From Candidatus Omnitrophota bacterium (lineage in GTDB: Bacteria > Omnitrophota > Gorgyraeia > Zapsychrales > Aceulaceae): 64,000 nucleotides of DNA. Shown one piece after another: positions 20,601-28,876 of the stretch; positions within the stretch are counted from its first letter, which is position 1; each line of letters begins with the position of its first letter. The notes under the pieces are model-generated. The model saw only the letters and a list, made by a program, of their open reading frames with translations, was not told the DNA's origin and made no database searches. The DNA is taken from assembly GCA_029564765.1 (NCBI GenBank), contig JAKQPK010000050.1, positions 82,977 to 146,976 of the forward strand, read 5' to 3'. The position numbers and the translations under genes are program-made.

Positions 20601-23600
20601 TGCCAGACGTAACAAGCCTTCGTCATGATTCATTTCACCAGCGGAATTCTGAAATTCTGCTTCTATCTCAATCATCTCGTCCTCAACCTGACGAAGCACG
20701 ATCATATAAGATACATTCTTCGCAGGTTTATGCATAGCCCTATAATCCATCTTATTTTGAGATGAAAAGGAAAATATCACATTTTTTCTCCAGTCAAAAT
20801 CGAGACCGGTGTCGATCAAAAGCTTGCCCTTTGTAGCATCTAGGATTCGCTTAGAAAATTCCTGAACATCAAATTTTGCCCCTTTGAAGCTCACCCTTTC
20901 TTTACGCGAAACGATATCCGCATCATACGGGATCTCTGTCTCGGGCTTAGACGTTTCGGATTTAACTTCTGCCCTCTTTTCTTCTGGAGCGGTGGACAAA
21001 AAGTTTTCGGCTGACAATATATATCGCTGCAGAACCGCTTTCTCATGTTCACGAAATTTTTTATCAAACACCGAAACTTCAGTGACTTTCCGCGTAAATT
21101 CCTCAAAGCTGACAATGATTCTAAAATCCTCTATCTCGAATTGCATAGTGCTTATCGTATCTCCAAAACGCTCCCGAAACGCATCTACAGCATCCGCTAT
21201 CTGAGCTCCGAGCAAAGCATTGTAAGAACGAAAACTATTATTGAAATTACGAATTTCTATAGTTTGCAGCTTTGCATTCCGGTCGAATACCGAAAGAAGC
21301 TCTTTGACATCGCGCTGAATCTTTGCGGAACCTGATGGCAAAAATCCTCTTTTTGCTGACGCTGTTTTGCTCACCTCCGAAACAACAGGTTTTTCCTCCA
21401 GATACCTTTCTAACCCTAAAGTTCGCTGTGCCGGTTCCCCAGAAGGAACACCATCAATATACGTTACAGCTGGCACCTCTTTTTTCTCCAGCGCGGTAGA
21501 AAAAACATTTTCTGATGATAATTTTGAACGGTCAAATCCCGGCAGGCGCATTCCCTGCTTATCTTTTACATGAACATGAATAATTTGTTGCGTGCTCTTG
21601 CTTACAGAGATCTCGATCGAATAAGTCCTAAAAGTAAGCACGATCCCTTCAAGCTTTTGAGTAACAAGCATGCTAAATTTTTCTTTAAATCGATCTATGG
21701 CATCTTTTAGTTTCAACTTGTTGGCATCATAAAGCATGGCAGGGTTAAAAATCTTTATAGTTTCCATCTTTTCTTCGCGCCCGATGATCGAGATGATCTC
21801 CTCAACATCTCGCTGGATCTTTGCAGAATCTGACGGCCAATATCCTCTTTTTTCTGAAACTACCGATTTAACTTCCGCAGCTTTCGGTGTCACGCTAACA
21901 ACAGGATCGCGATAAGAAAGATCCTTGCTCACCAGATAAATATAACTTCCATCTTGAAACCTGATCTGATACGCGAGAGGCTTGCCAGGCCTAGAAAGCC
22001 ACTGATCGATCTTATCTTTCTCAAGAATAGAATGTTGTTCGATATCGATAAAAACTGCCTTTTCTCTGGCAGATAGATCCTTGATCTTTTGTACAGCTCT
22101 TTCTTTTGAGAAATTAGCAGAGATCTGGTCAACGGCTTGCCAATTTTTTTCTTGAGATCCTGACACGACCTTAAGGTAGCTTTCTCGGTCACGCGATGAA
22201 CCCAGGCGAAAATTTCTTTTATCCATAAGGATCGGCGCTATGCGCGCGGCAACTGTTTCTGTTTGCGAAAAAGTCGTTCGCACTTTGTTCGCATCAATGA
22301 TCGCGCGCTTACCCTCATAGCGGACGTTGAGATAATAAGAAGTGCCATTTCCCAATTCTAACCTGATTGATGCTACTGGTTCACGAAGATCAAGGTCTTG
22401 CCATGGGGCTTTTGGATTTGTCACACTGACTCTTTGATATCCGCCAGAACGCAATTTAACGCCCATCGTGCCAACGTCTGATCTTTCATCCTGCATAATA
22501 CGCGTGATCGGGCTGATCAGCTGCTGGCGTGTGATCACACTTGAAGACGCGCTAGAAGTAGGCATCTTTTCAATGATCTCTTTCGCTTTGCGCGCGATAT
22601 TATCCTCTGAAACAGCATCAAAATTCTGCTTTTTGTCATTCCATACAAAGCGTAATGCTGTGATCGATAAGAAAAGGTCATATTGATCGATCATAATTTG
22701 AGTTAAAGGTGAATTTCTGTTTTGTTCCCAGAATTTTACAATCAACCTCTGTCCTGATCCCAAATTCTTTTCACTAAAGAATTCGGTAAACCCAGGCTCA
22801 TGCTCAAGATAAGAACTATCGTTCCATTCCACAGACCATGTCTTGTGTGGGATCCCCTTCCTGAGCGCCATGATCGCTTCATGCGCGTTCAGCGTTCCCG
22901 CAGCACGTTTGATTACTGCAAGGGATGAGGACATTCTCTTATGCTTAGATTTTTGATCATAAGATCGATACATTTTTCCATTCTCGCTTAAGCGCAAGAA
23001 AATCTGTCCATTCTGATCGAATGCATGCATCGTAACCGGCAACTCTGTTTCTGACCATCCATAATAATAATCCCGAAAGTCTAAGCCGTAGTACTCTTTC
23101 TCGCTTTCAGACAGTTGCTGTGATTCTGCATGCCAAACCGCGGTAATAAACGGTTTGATGTTTCCATCCTGGTCAGTTCCGGAGATAAAATAAGGATCCG
23201 CCTGATACTCTTTGATAAGCACAGCGGCAACTTCTCGACCAGTGGTAGCTGGGATCGAAGCCAGCGTAGAAGAAACCGACTGAGTCGGGGCTACCAACAA
23301 ATCTGTCCCGCTTCCGTCAATATCAACTCCTACATAAACAATCGTCACATTATCAAGGATCAAATGCCCATCGCTGCCACGCTTGAGAATACCTTTGTCA
23401 AAATAATGCTGATATTTCGCCTTTGATAGAAGCTCATCCAGGTTAATTTCTTGATCCGTATCGTTACGCAACTCAACCGTTCCAATGTATTCTGGTTTGT
23501 TCAGAGTCCACTTCCCTGCCACATAAAGAAGATCCAGATCCAGCGTTTTTGAACCCAGCGGGAGAATTTTGTAAGCGTTCACCTTGTTTTTCTGATAGTA

Positions 23601-26600
23601 ATCTTCGTAATTTTTGGAAAATTCGAATCGCGCCAAGTGGCCTGGCTTATTATTTTTCATAGCCCATTCTTTAGTATCCATGGCAAAATGCTCGGATAAA
23701 TAATAATTCCAATCCAAAGCAAACTTAACTGGCGTAAAGCATAGCTCACGATACTCAGGTGTAAAATTCACGATGTGCAGCAAGCGCGTCCATCCATACT
23801 TTTTCATCAGGTCTTTTACCTTCTGATTTTCTGTATAGCGCACATGATAATCGAGATTCTGAAGAACATGGCCCAAGGCGCCTTCGATCTGATAGATCGT
23901 CCCGCCCTCTTTTGGATTATCAATGAAGGTTGGCGATGTCCACTGTACATACTGTTCATGTCCAATGATCTTTTCCAGTTCACGCAAAAATGGCTGAAGC
24001 ACAGTTTCGTTAATGCCCATAATGTTGGTATTAAAGAACTGTTCACCTTCCTGGCCTGCTTCCTCGATCGCGCCAGCAGTGAGGCCGATCTTTTGAAAGA
24101 GCTCGCCCTGGCCAACCTTGCCAGCCTGGACAGTTTCCATCATATTGATACGGGTATTCTCAGCAGTAAGATCCTGCAGCAAAAGGCCATCCTCGACAGG
24201 CTGAGCACCAACCTTCCCACCTTTTTTATCTAATTCCATGGTTGTCGATGATAAAAGAACCATGGGGATCTTGTTGGACGCCATCCAGCCTAAAACAACA
24301 GATGGGATTTGATTGTTTGGACCGTCCCCATTAGTAATATCGCGGATCACCACTTTGTCTTCTGGTAAAATGTCAGTAAGAACTTCTTCAAAAGCCATTC
24401 GTCCAAAAACACCGTGTCCGCCTGGAGAAGTTTTGCGATCGGTCAACTCTCCGGTTACCACATCCACAACAGGCTGGATCGCCTGAACGACCATATCTTC
24501 ATCGAATCTAATGCCTTGCAACCCTCTGACGTATTGAGCATAAGTGCGCTTTTGGCCTTCGGGGATACGATCATCGATCTTATCAAGAAGGCAAATGTGT
24601 TGATTGCGAAAATCTGAAATAGGACCGACCGTATCTTTACTGACAAGCTCACGAATGCTGGCGTGCGCAACACGGCCTTCTTGAGCGGTAATGATGTTGT
24701 GGACATATTTCACATCTAAAATACTGAACTCCACATCCTTGAAAACCTTAGGGTTGCCATCCTTATCAAACCCTTGAAGTTCTTGGACAAACGTCAAGGC
24801 CATGGATTTCGCCCCGACTCCTCCCACAGAAGTCCCTGCTCCGCCGTTCATAAAATCAATGCGATGGTCAACATTCTTAGCAGCCTCAAGATACTTCTTC
24901 TCCTGCGATAAGATCTCTGTTGCGAAATCCGTCGCGTTCATGATCTCTTTCATTTTTGACTTAGGGATCATAGAATTTGGGAAGAAATTCTGGCCGATCA
25001 CCAGATCATTCACGATCCCTTTTTGCTTATCGACCATTTGCTGATTATATTGAGAAACGAGACTTGCGAAATAATCTCTGTTAAAAGTGCTGCCAGGATT
25101 ATCCATGCCTAATTTTTTGACAAACGGATCGATCTCTTCTTTTGAAATGGTACGAATGCTCGAAGACACAGCTTCTTCTTTGTCTTCTGCCAGCGGCATC
25201 CCCTGTGACACGAACTCCCAGAAATCCGCTTTTTTGGCTCGATGAAGAACAACATAGCCATCACGGATAAACATCTTTACCGTCAAAGGTTCTCTGGCGT
25301 CTTGCGGTATAGAAGCAATCTTTTCAGCCATGAGACTTTTACTGTTAGGCCTATAAAACTCTGTTTGCTTGATATCGTCGCTTGTTAACCTTAGAGCCAT
25401 ATTTTCCGCGACGATCTCTGTTGCCATTTCTTTTAAATCCACATTGGCGCGAAACTTAGGGACATTGATGGAACCGCCCAGCTCATTCCATCTGGCTCCT
25501 TCATCCTTAAAATTAAATCCTTGACCGTAAAACTGCGTTATCTTCCATCGGCTATTTGCTGTGTCTTTGGCAAAGATCAAAGAAGTTCTGTCTTTAAAGA
25601 ACATCGTAACCTTCTTGGCTTTTGGCAAAATAACGCTTAGACGGCCTGAAGCCTGCGGGTCGCTCAAAGAAAATCCGTAGGAATATCCTTCCTCTGTGAG
25701 AATATTGAAACTTAAAAGCACTTTCCCTGTCAACTCGAGCTTGGACGTGATCTCGCGTAAAAGAACAGATGCTGGCTCTAAAGACGATACCCTTGAGATG
25801 ATCGCCGAGGCGGAAACGCCTGTTCCCCACTTTACCTCTATATTCCATCTATTACGGTCGATGCGCGTAAGTACTATTTGTTTATTCCCGTTTTCATCAT
25901 AATAAACTTTAATTCTCGCAACTTTCCTTTCTGGCTTATCATCTAAGAAAGTGCTCTGCATCTCAGACCTGTGTCTGCCACTCCACCCCCCAGTATCGTA
26001 TTCTGCATAAACATAAACATAATCACCGCCATATTGTCGAGCGATTGCTTCCAATGCACTCCATCCTGCATCATGCCCGGGAGCTTCTATCGCCGAGGCG
26101 GAGGATCTGTTATCATCTTCACTTTTCAATAGCTTAGCATCAAATCTCGTTGCACTTCCCTTTGTTTGCAATTTATCTGCGGATGGAGTGACCTTTTCTA
26201 GAGCCTGACGCAAAGGGGTCCCGTCAGGAGTAGTTGGCGTGAAACCGCCAGAAAAATACTTGCGGGGAATGTTCTTTCCCGTATGCTGATCCCTCTCAAC
26301 CTTGATAAAATCATAGATGCCTTTTTGAAAAGCATTCAAATAATCCTCGTAGATCTTTTGCTTTTCAGAGCTATCCACAAGATCAATGCCTTTTATCTTA
26401 TTCTGATCCATGTAGATCTTGCCAAGCAAGCTTTCCTTTAGATTGTTCTTATACCAAGTGGCCAGGATCATCGCGTAATAGACCTGCCTTAGGCTCGCAA
26501 AATGCTTTCCGAAGTTCACTTCTTTTTCGATGGCCGGAAGAACAATTTCACGGACGATCTGAGAAGAAAGAGAACTGGTCGTTAGTATTTGGTCGCTAGT

Positions 26601-27326
26601 ATTTAGTGGTTGGTTTTTACTAGATACTACATACTCTCGACTATCGACTCGTTGCTTTGCTTGCAAAGCAACGTAATCTTCTTCCATCACGACGGCCAAT
26701 TCGCTGTCAACAACAAAAACCCTATTGTTGTTCTCGTAAACTGTTGCTTTTTTAGGAAGGATCCAGATCTTGTTGAACGTGTCGATCGGGATGTCGGTAG
26801 TTCCGTATTTCTCGTAAGCTGCCTTGTAAACCTTTTCCCAGAACTTTTTGCCAAGCTCGTCTTCCGGGTATATTAAGGAAGCAGTAAGCTGCTTTAAGAT
26901 ATAATCCTGAGCTAAAAGATCTCGACCCATCTGGGTCTGACCAAAGCCTTCCGGGATAATACGATCTTTTTCATAAGGCGAAAGGTTGACCCACATGTCT
27001 TTTTCAGGAGTTGTCAAGGAGGCTAAAAAGTAGCGGATCAGCTTCTTGGCTTCTTCGGTCAAGGCCTCGCCTTCCATGGCTGTATCACCGCTATCTACGA
27101 TAAACCCAAAATGAAAAGGATTACCGGGGTCAATCTCGATCGCTCGTAACAAAACAGGATAAAAACTTGCTGTTGGCGCAAGCATCGTGCTTGGCGCCGA
27201 AAGCCCTGCAGATAGGCCCTGGGCGTAGCTGGGAGCAATAGAGGTAAAAAGAAAGCTGAGAGTGATAAGAACAGAGATGATCTTTGACGCGAATCTTCTT
27301 TGGGCTTTGTTACCGCAGGCGATCAT
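17607..27326 (-). CDS. giant secreted multidomain protein (3239 aa) with an internal UDPGP-family nucleotidyltransferase domain
   Basis: One uninterrupted ORF with an AAGGAG SD 8 nt upstream. The N-terminus is a Sec signal peptide (…SFLFTSIAPSYA/QG). The internal motifs MNGGAGTSVG, SPGGHG and ITNGDGPNN match UDP-glucose pyrophosphorylase hallmarks. The rest has no assignable domains. Confidence 0.85.
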   Translation of the reverse strand: MIACGNKAQRRFASKIISVLITLSFLFTSIAPSYAQGLSAGLSAPSTMLAPTASFYPVLLRAIEIDPGNPFHFGFIVDSGDTAMEGEALTEEAKKLIRYFLASLTTPEKDMWVNLSPYEKDRIIPEGFGQTQMGRDLLAQDYILKQLTASLIYPEDELGKKFWEKVYKAAYEKYGTTDIPIDTFNKIWILPKKATVYENNNRVFVVDSELAVVMEEDYVALQAKQRVDSREYVVSSKNQPLNTSDQILTTSSLSSQIVREIVLPAIEKEVNFGKHFASLRQVYYAMILATWYKNNLKESLLGKIYMDQNKIKGIDLVDSSEKQKIYEDYLNAFQKGIYDFIKVERDQHTGKNIPRKYFSGGFTPTTPDGTPLRQALEKVTPSADKLQTKGSATRFDAKLLKSEDDNRSSASAIEAPGHDAGWSALEAIARQYGGDYVYVYAEYDTGGWSGRHRSEMQSTFLDDKPERKVARIKVYYDENGNKQIVLTRIDRNRWNIEVKWGTGVSASAIISRVSSLEPASVLLREITSKLELTGKVLLSFNILTEEGYSYGFSLSDPQASGRLSVILPKAKKVTMFFKDRTSLIFAKDTANSRWKITQFYGQGFNFKDEGARWNELGGSINVPKFRANVDLKEMATEIVAENMALRLTSDDIKQTEFYRPNSKSLMAEKIASIPQDAREPLTVKMFIRDGYVVLHRAKKADFWEFVSQGMPLAEDKEEAVSSSIRTISKEEIDPFVKKLGMDNPGSTFNRDYFASLVSQYNQQMVDKQKGIVNDLVIGQNFFPNSMIPKSKMKEIMNATDFATEILSQEKKYLEAAKNVDHRIDFMNGGAGTSVGGVGAKSMALTFVQELQGFDKDGNPKVFKDVEFSILDVKYVHNIITAQEGRVAHASIRELVSKDTVGPISDFRNQHICLLDKIDDRIPEGQKRTYAQYVRGLQGIRFDEDMVVQAIQPVVDVVTGELTDRKTSPGGHGVFGRMAFEEVLTDILPEDKVVIRDITNGDGPNNQIPSVVLGWMASNKIPMVLLSSTTMELDKKGGKVGAQPVEDGLLLQDLTAENTRINMMETVQAGKVGQGELFQKIGLTAGAIEEAGQEGEQFFNTNIMGINETVLQPFLRELEKIIGHEQYVQWTSPTFIDNPKEGGTIYQIEGALGHVLQNLDYHVRYTENQKVKDLMKKYGWTRLLHIVNFTPEYRELCFTPVKFALDWNYYLSEHFAMDTKEWAMKNNKPGHLARFEFSKNYEDYYQKNKVNAYKILPLGSKTLDLDLLYVAGKWTLNKPEYIGTVELRNDTDQEINLDELLSKAKYQHYFDKGILKRGSDGHLILDNVTIVYVGVDIDGSGTDLLVAPTQSVSSTLASIPATTGREVAAVLIKEYQADPYFISGTDQDGNIKPFITAVWHAESQQLSESEKEYYGLDFRDYYYGWSETELPVTMHAFDQNGQIFLRLSENGKMYRSYDQKSKHKRMSSSLAVIKRAAGTLNAHEAIMALRKGIPHKTWSVEWNDSSYLEHEPGFTEFFSEKNLGSGQRLIVKFWEQNRNSPLTQIMIDQYDLFLSITALRFVWNDKKQNFDAVSEDNIARKAKEIIEKMPTSSASSSVITRQQLISPITRIMQDERSDVGTMGVKLRSGGYQRVSVTNPKAPWQDLDLREPVASIRLELGNGTSYYLNVRYEGKRAIIDANKVRTTFSQTETVAARIAPILMDKRNFRLGSSRDRESYLKVVSGSQEKNWQAVDQISANFSKERAVQKIKDLSAREKAVFIDIEQHSILEKDKIDQWLSRPGKPLAYQIRFQDGSYIYLVSKDLSYRDPVVSVTPKAAEVKSVVSEKRGYWPSDSAKIQRDVEEIISIIGREEKMETIKIFNPAMLYDANKLKLKDAIDRFKEKFSMLVTQKLEGIVLTFRTYSIEISVSKSTQQIIHVHVKDKQGMRLPGFDRSKLSSENVFSTALEKKEVPAVTYIDGVPSGEPAQRTLGLERYLEEKPVVSEVSKTASAKRGFLPSGSAKIQRDVKELLSVFDRNAKLQTIEIRNFNNSFRSYNALLGAQIADAVDAFRERFGDTISTMQFEIEDFRIIVSFEEFTRKVTEVSVFDKKFREHEKAVLQRYILSAENFLSTAPEEKRAEVKSETSKPETEIPYDADIVSRKERVSFKGAKFDVQEFSKRILDATKGKLLIDTGLDFDWRKNVIFSFSSQNKMDYRAMHKPAKNVSYMIVLRQVEDEMIEIEAEFQNSAGEMNHDEGLLRLATDILKSMSQEPGVVDAPQATAPAKLSELMPGEFRHQLLEFLDQLGVRELRAVNIFDGVSFYYFYSTKQIRESREEVAHALDGLVQEKSDMQSIEILWTANRVVIDLERGEVVGVRPGFATLGAGQEDIDRIRQNLPAGHFLSMARSEPLDETPTAMSQKASDVIEDLFRDFSNTIENYLGTDEIIYSPRLGEGNFGGFNGLITIKFTKTYERFKPYWVVSFERQPDGSVEIRAKSAPVYGATPNEDLELLELAKQTIVPDLGRFLSENFSSTVKIENNEEIVKSESSTGKRNIKDFKLTEISNDLRVFLEKLGEKIGLRTLDFKIGYYAVARQFDYAASRTSDPEAVDFSISSELNKNMGNIHFLVQQGKVVKIETIDLRLKDQVAAVLSELSEDNFLKTASSSSLSKKAPIGASSGVKAVLPENFSIEELANTLQKEISADRVSFNYVDIDGGSSGNLSAMDAQRVTFRNPKTRQISLQFHYNDRVWGDVLRFKLENGSVVVDAYQAMDLGDELNIPDQKFLAQALSVLKAMDAVTTSSGSSEKSTSPFAFDGVQSTIIKSLPTASILDAVMAVEDVMGEKVESFLWNGLDYDLDGSDIFHQNLVDTDSPMDNSLLFTFDAQEGKELNVVILTDTEKGVSIAVRKTEQGEGDKGFLVRNRGERQEDVEVKIKEKLEVVSSSLTRKDFFAVIDHMVDLAREEGYELVKLVPDKNENVIDEYADLDSFKDELTQITDEDNINKDVNGVLLVFYNSKQDDHEQAHVLFYQNISGLMTVRVSHPNSIRKEFRIAGLNQHRSITSLDFLLKTITTSDKMLENVISIIKQFSVVKTDNVTLATKLRDDLKMTSVEIARMIVDINSRLLPNHAQIIPKESMEIQEYDEVNIGDIYNFVLEKQRKSSSNLGGISMDSKTLDLQIKRDGNGIPLPISQQPPELMNIQGFTFEIMGITPVASLFLLSGLDAGTPSNKVRGSDNRELIGRPAEPALPAEEYAQVGLL
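20900..21860 (-). repeat. two tandem ~160-aa intragenic repeats inside the giant gene
   Basis: Repeat 1 reads …KRGYWPSDSAKIQRDVEEIISII… and repeat 2 reads …KRGFLPSGSAKIQRDVKELLSVF…. The DNA copies are about 480 nt apart. Confidence 0.6.
23400..24880 (-). other. UDP-sugar pyrophosphorylase-like (UDPGP, PF01704-type) domain inside the giant protein
   Basis: These motifs correspond to the LNGGLGTSMG, PPGHGD and NIDNLGA motifs of eukaryotic-type UGPase. The domain is encoded at roughly aa 810-1300 of the giant protein. Confidence 0.6.
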
Positions 27327-27480
27327 GAAACTTCTCCTTTTTTAACAACTTGTTAGGATAAAAATTGGTCAATATACGTACTCAAAGGCTAAAAGAGCAA
27401 GCCTTAAACCTTTTTTCCGTGGCAGGAATTTAGAACAAAATTAGATAAGAAAGCGGTTTCTTTTGGGAAAATATAGCACA

Positions 27481-27921
27481 TTTTTATAAATTTTCAAGGT
27501 CAGCTTATGTACGGGAGGGCTTGCGGACCTCTATCAAAGAAAGGAGTGCTTTTAAATGATCACGACTTACGAAGGCCTTGGCCGAGATCAAATCAGCCCA
27601 CGCGAATTTATTCCGCCAAAAGCGGAGGCACGAAATCAGGATAATCGTATTAGTATTTTTGGACTCCTCACAAAAAGATTGCTCGGAGTGTTTTTTCTTG
27701 GCTAAGTTAAAATAAGAAGGAAGAAAAAATAAGAAAGAGCCGACAAAGTATGTCCACTTCGGCAACCCAGCCACCGTCTTGTCATCCACTGCGGCCCAAC
27801 CGGCCCTTGAGGTAGCCCCAGCACCACTCCGGGTGCGGGACGCAAGCTGCTTCAGACAACTTAGGTCTGTGGTTTTGCGCCCCCGGGTTTCCCCGGGTTT
27901 GCCTTTATCGGCTCATTTGAG
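27481..27921. other. unexplained structured non-coding segment flanked by 11-bp direct repeats (AATATAGCACA); candidate ncRNA, long leader or small insertion
   Basis: The direct repeats lie at 27469-27479 and 27922-27932. A second repeat, GAAAGCGGTTTC, occurs at 27450 and 27970. The segment contains GC-rich hairpins (CCCGGGTTTCCCCGGG, GGCCCAACCGGCC). The only in-frame material is a 49-codon plus-strand ORF (27555-27701) preceded by an AAGGAG motif and a spurious 94-aa minus-strand ORF. Confidence 0.25.
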
Positions 27922-27990
27922 AATATAGCACAGAAAAGATCGATAACAAGGGGTGAAAAGGGGCTTCGGGAAAGCGGTTTCAAAATATGA

Positions 27991-28191
27991 AAAAAGGATT
28001 AAAGGATTAGAGGGCTAAAGAGTTAGAAAGGTAAAAACTTTAAGGAGAAACCAAAATACGAAAATTATAAAAACAAAGTTTCCGCTTAAAGTTTAAGCCG
28101 ATGATTCTCAATTCTTTTTTTCTTGCTATTTTCAAATCTCCTAAAGCCCTTTAACCCTTCAATCCTCTAACCCTTTAATCCTAAAACTTTA
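27991..28191. repeat. palindromic element, family 2, long copy (arms of AAAGGATT/AGAGGGCT units flanking a ~90-nt core)
   Basis: Left arm AAAAAGGATTAAAGGATTAGAGGGCTAAAGAGTTAGAAAGG. Right arm CCTAAAGCCCTTTAACCCTTCAATCCTCTAACCCTTTAATCCT, which is its reverse complement. The right arm overlaps the last codons of the exonuclease gene. Confidence 0.5.
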
Positions 28192-28849
28192 AATAATTCT
28201 CCCAATACAAGTACAGCTCTTTGGTTGCCTGTAGGTCACGCGCGCAATACCTCGCAATGTCATGGAATGCGCCTTTGAGAAAAAACTCTTTAACTTGCAG
28301 TCCTGTGATCCCCTCTTCTTTGGGGCTTTTGATACCGAAGGCTTTGCACCACATGTCCAAGCTGAAGCGGCGACGCATCGCATCATAAAAGGTCAACTGA
28401 TCGCAAAGGTCAACATGCAGCTTCGCGTCATAGCGATACGGCACAAGATTCTTGGTCGCGCGAACATTGTTGATGGCTGAGCGCAACATGATAAAAGGAC
28501 AATCGAAGGTTCGTCCATTAAAAGTGATAAAAACATTGGCCTTTTCGATCAATTTCCAAAAATGCATCAGGATCTCTTTTTCATCCCCGGAAACATAAGT
28601 GATGTCCCCTTCCTGGAATTTTTCTTTCTTGCCATCATTCTGGAAGAAGACAAAACTCTTATTCGTCTCCACGTCCAGCATGCCGATCGTGATCACTTGG
28701 GCTGTCACAGGGTAGAAGCTCATACTATTTTTTACATCCTCGATCTTCTGCTCGCTGTCAGCGAACTTCAAGAAATATTCTTTTGAGACCTCATCCAAGC
28801 TGTCAAAATCCTGCCCTGCAGTTTCAATGTCAAAAACGATCTTAGACAT
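28181..28849 (-). CDS. RNase H-like superfamily 3'-5' exonuclease (DEDD/PolB-exonuclease-like, YprB-type)
   Basis: 222 aa. The N-terminal IVFDIETAG motif is an Exo I-like motif, and …YCARD… near the C-terminus looks like an Exo III motif. Confidence 0.65.
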   Translation of the reverse strand: MSKIVFDIETAGQDFDSLDEVSKEYFLKFADSEQKIEDVKNSMSFYPVTAQVITIGMLDVETNKSFVFFQNDGKKEKFQEGDITYVSGDEKEILMHFWKLIEKANVFITFNGRTFDCPFIMLRSAINNVRATKNLVPYRYDAKLHVDLCDQLTFYDAMRRRFSLDMWCKAFGIKSPKEEGITGLQVKEFFLKGAFHDIARYCARDLQATKELYLYWENYLKF

Positions 28850-28876
28850 AAAAGCTCCTTAATAAAGATTTGGAAT

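Noticed and set aside
23816-24115. Antisense ORFs inside the giant gene, for example 23775..24233(+) and 18519..18983(+)
   Set aside because: They are embedded in the opposite-strand giant ORF, lack RBSs and translate to low-complexity sequence.
27505-27789. ORF 27505..27789(-), 94 aa
   Set aside because: No RBS and an implausible composition. It lies within the structured non-coding segment.
27481-27921. RNase P RNA or tmRNA identity for the structured segment upstream of the giant gene
   Set aside because: Its 3' part loosely resembles the RNase P P4-3' region (…CCCGGGUUUGCCUUUAUCGG…) and a GGGCUGAUUUGAUCUCGG stretch resembles a tmRNA 5' end. However, the obligatory P4 5' strand (GGAAAGUCCGGGCUCC-like) and the tRNA-like T-arm and CCA end are absent, so I made no confident ncRNA call.
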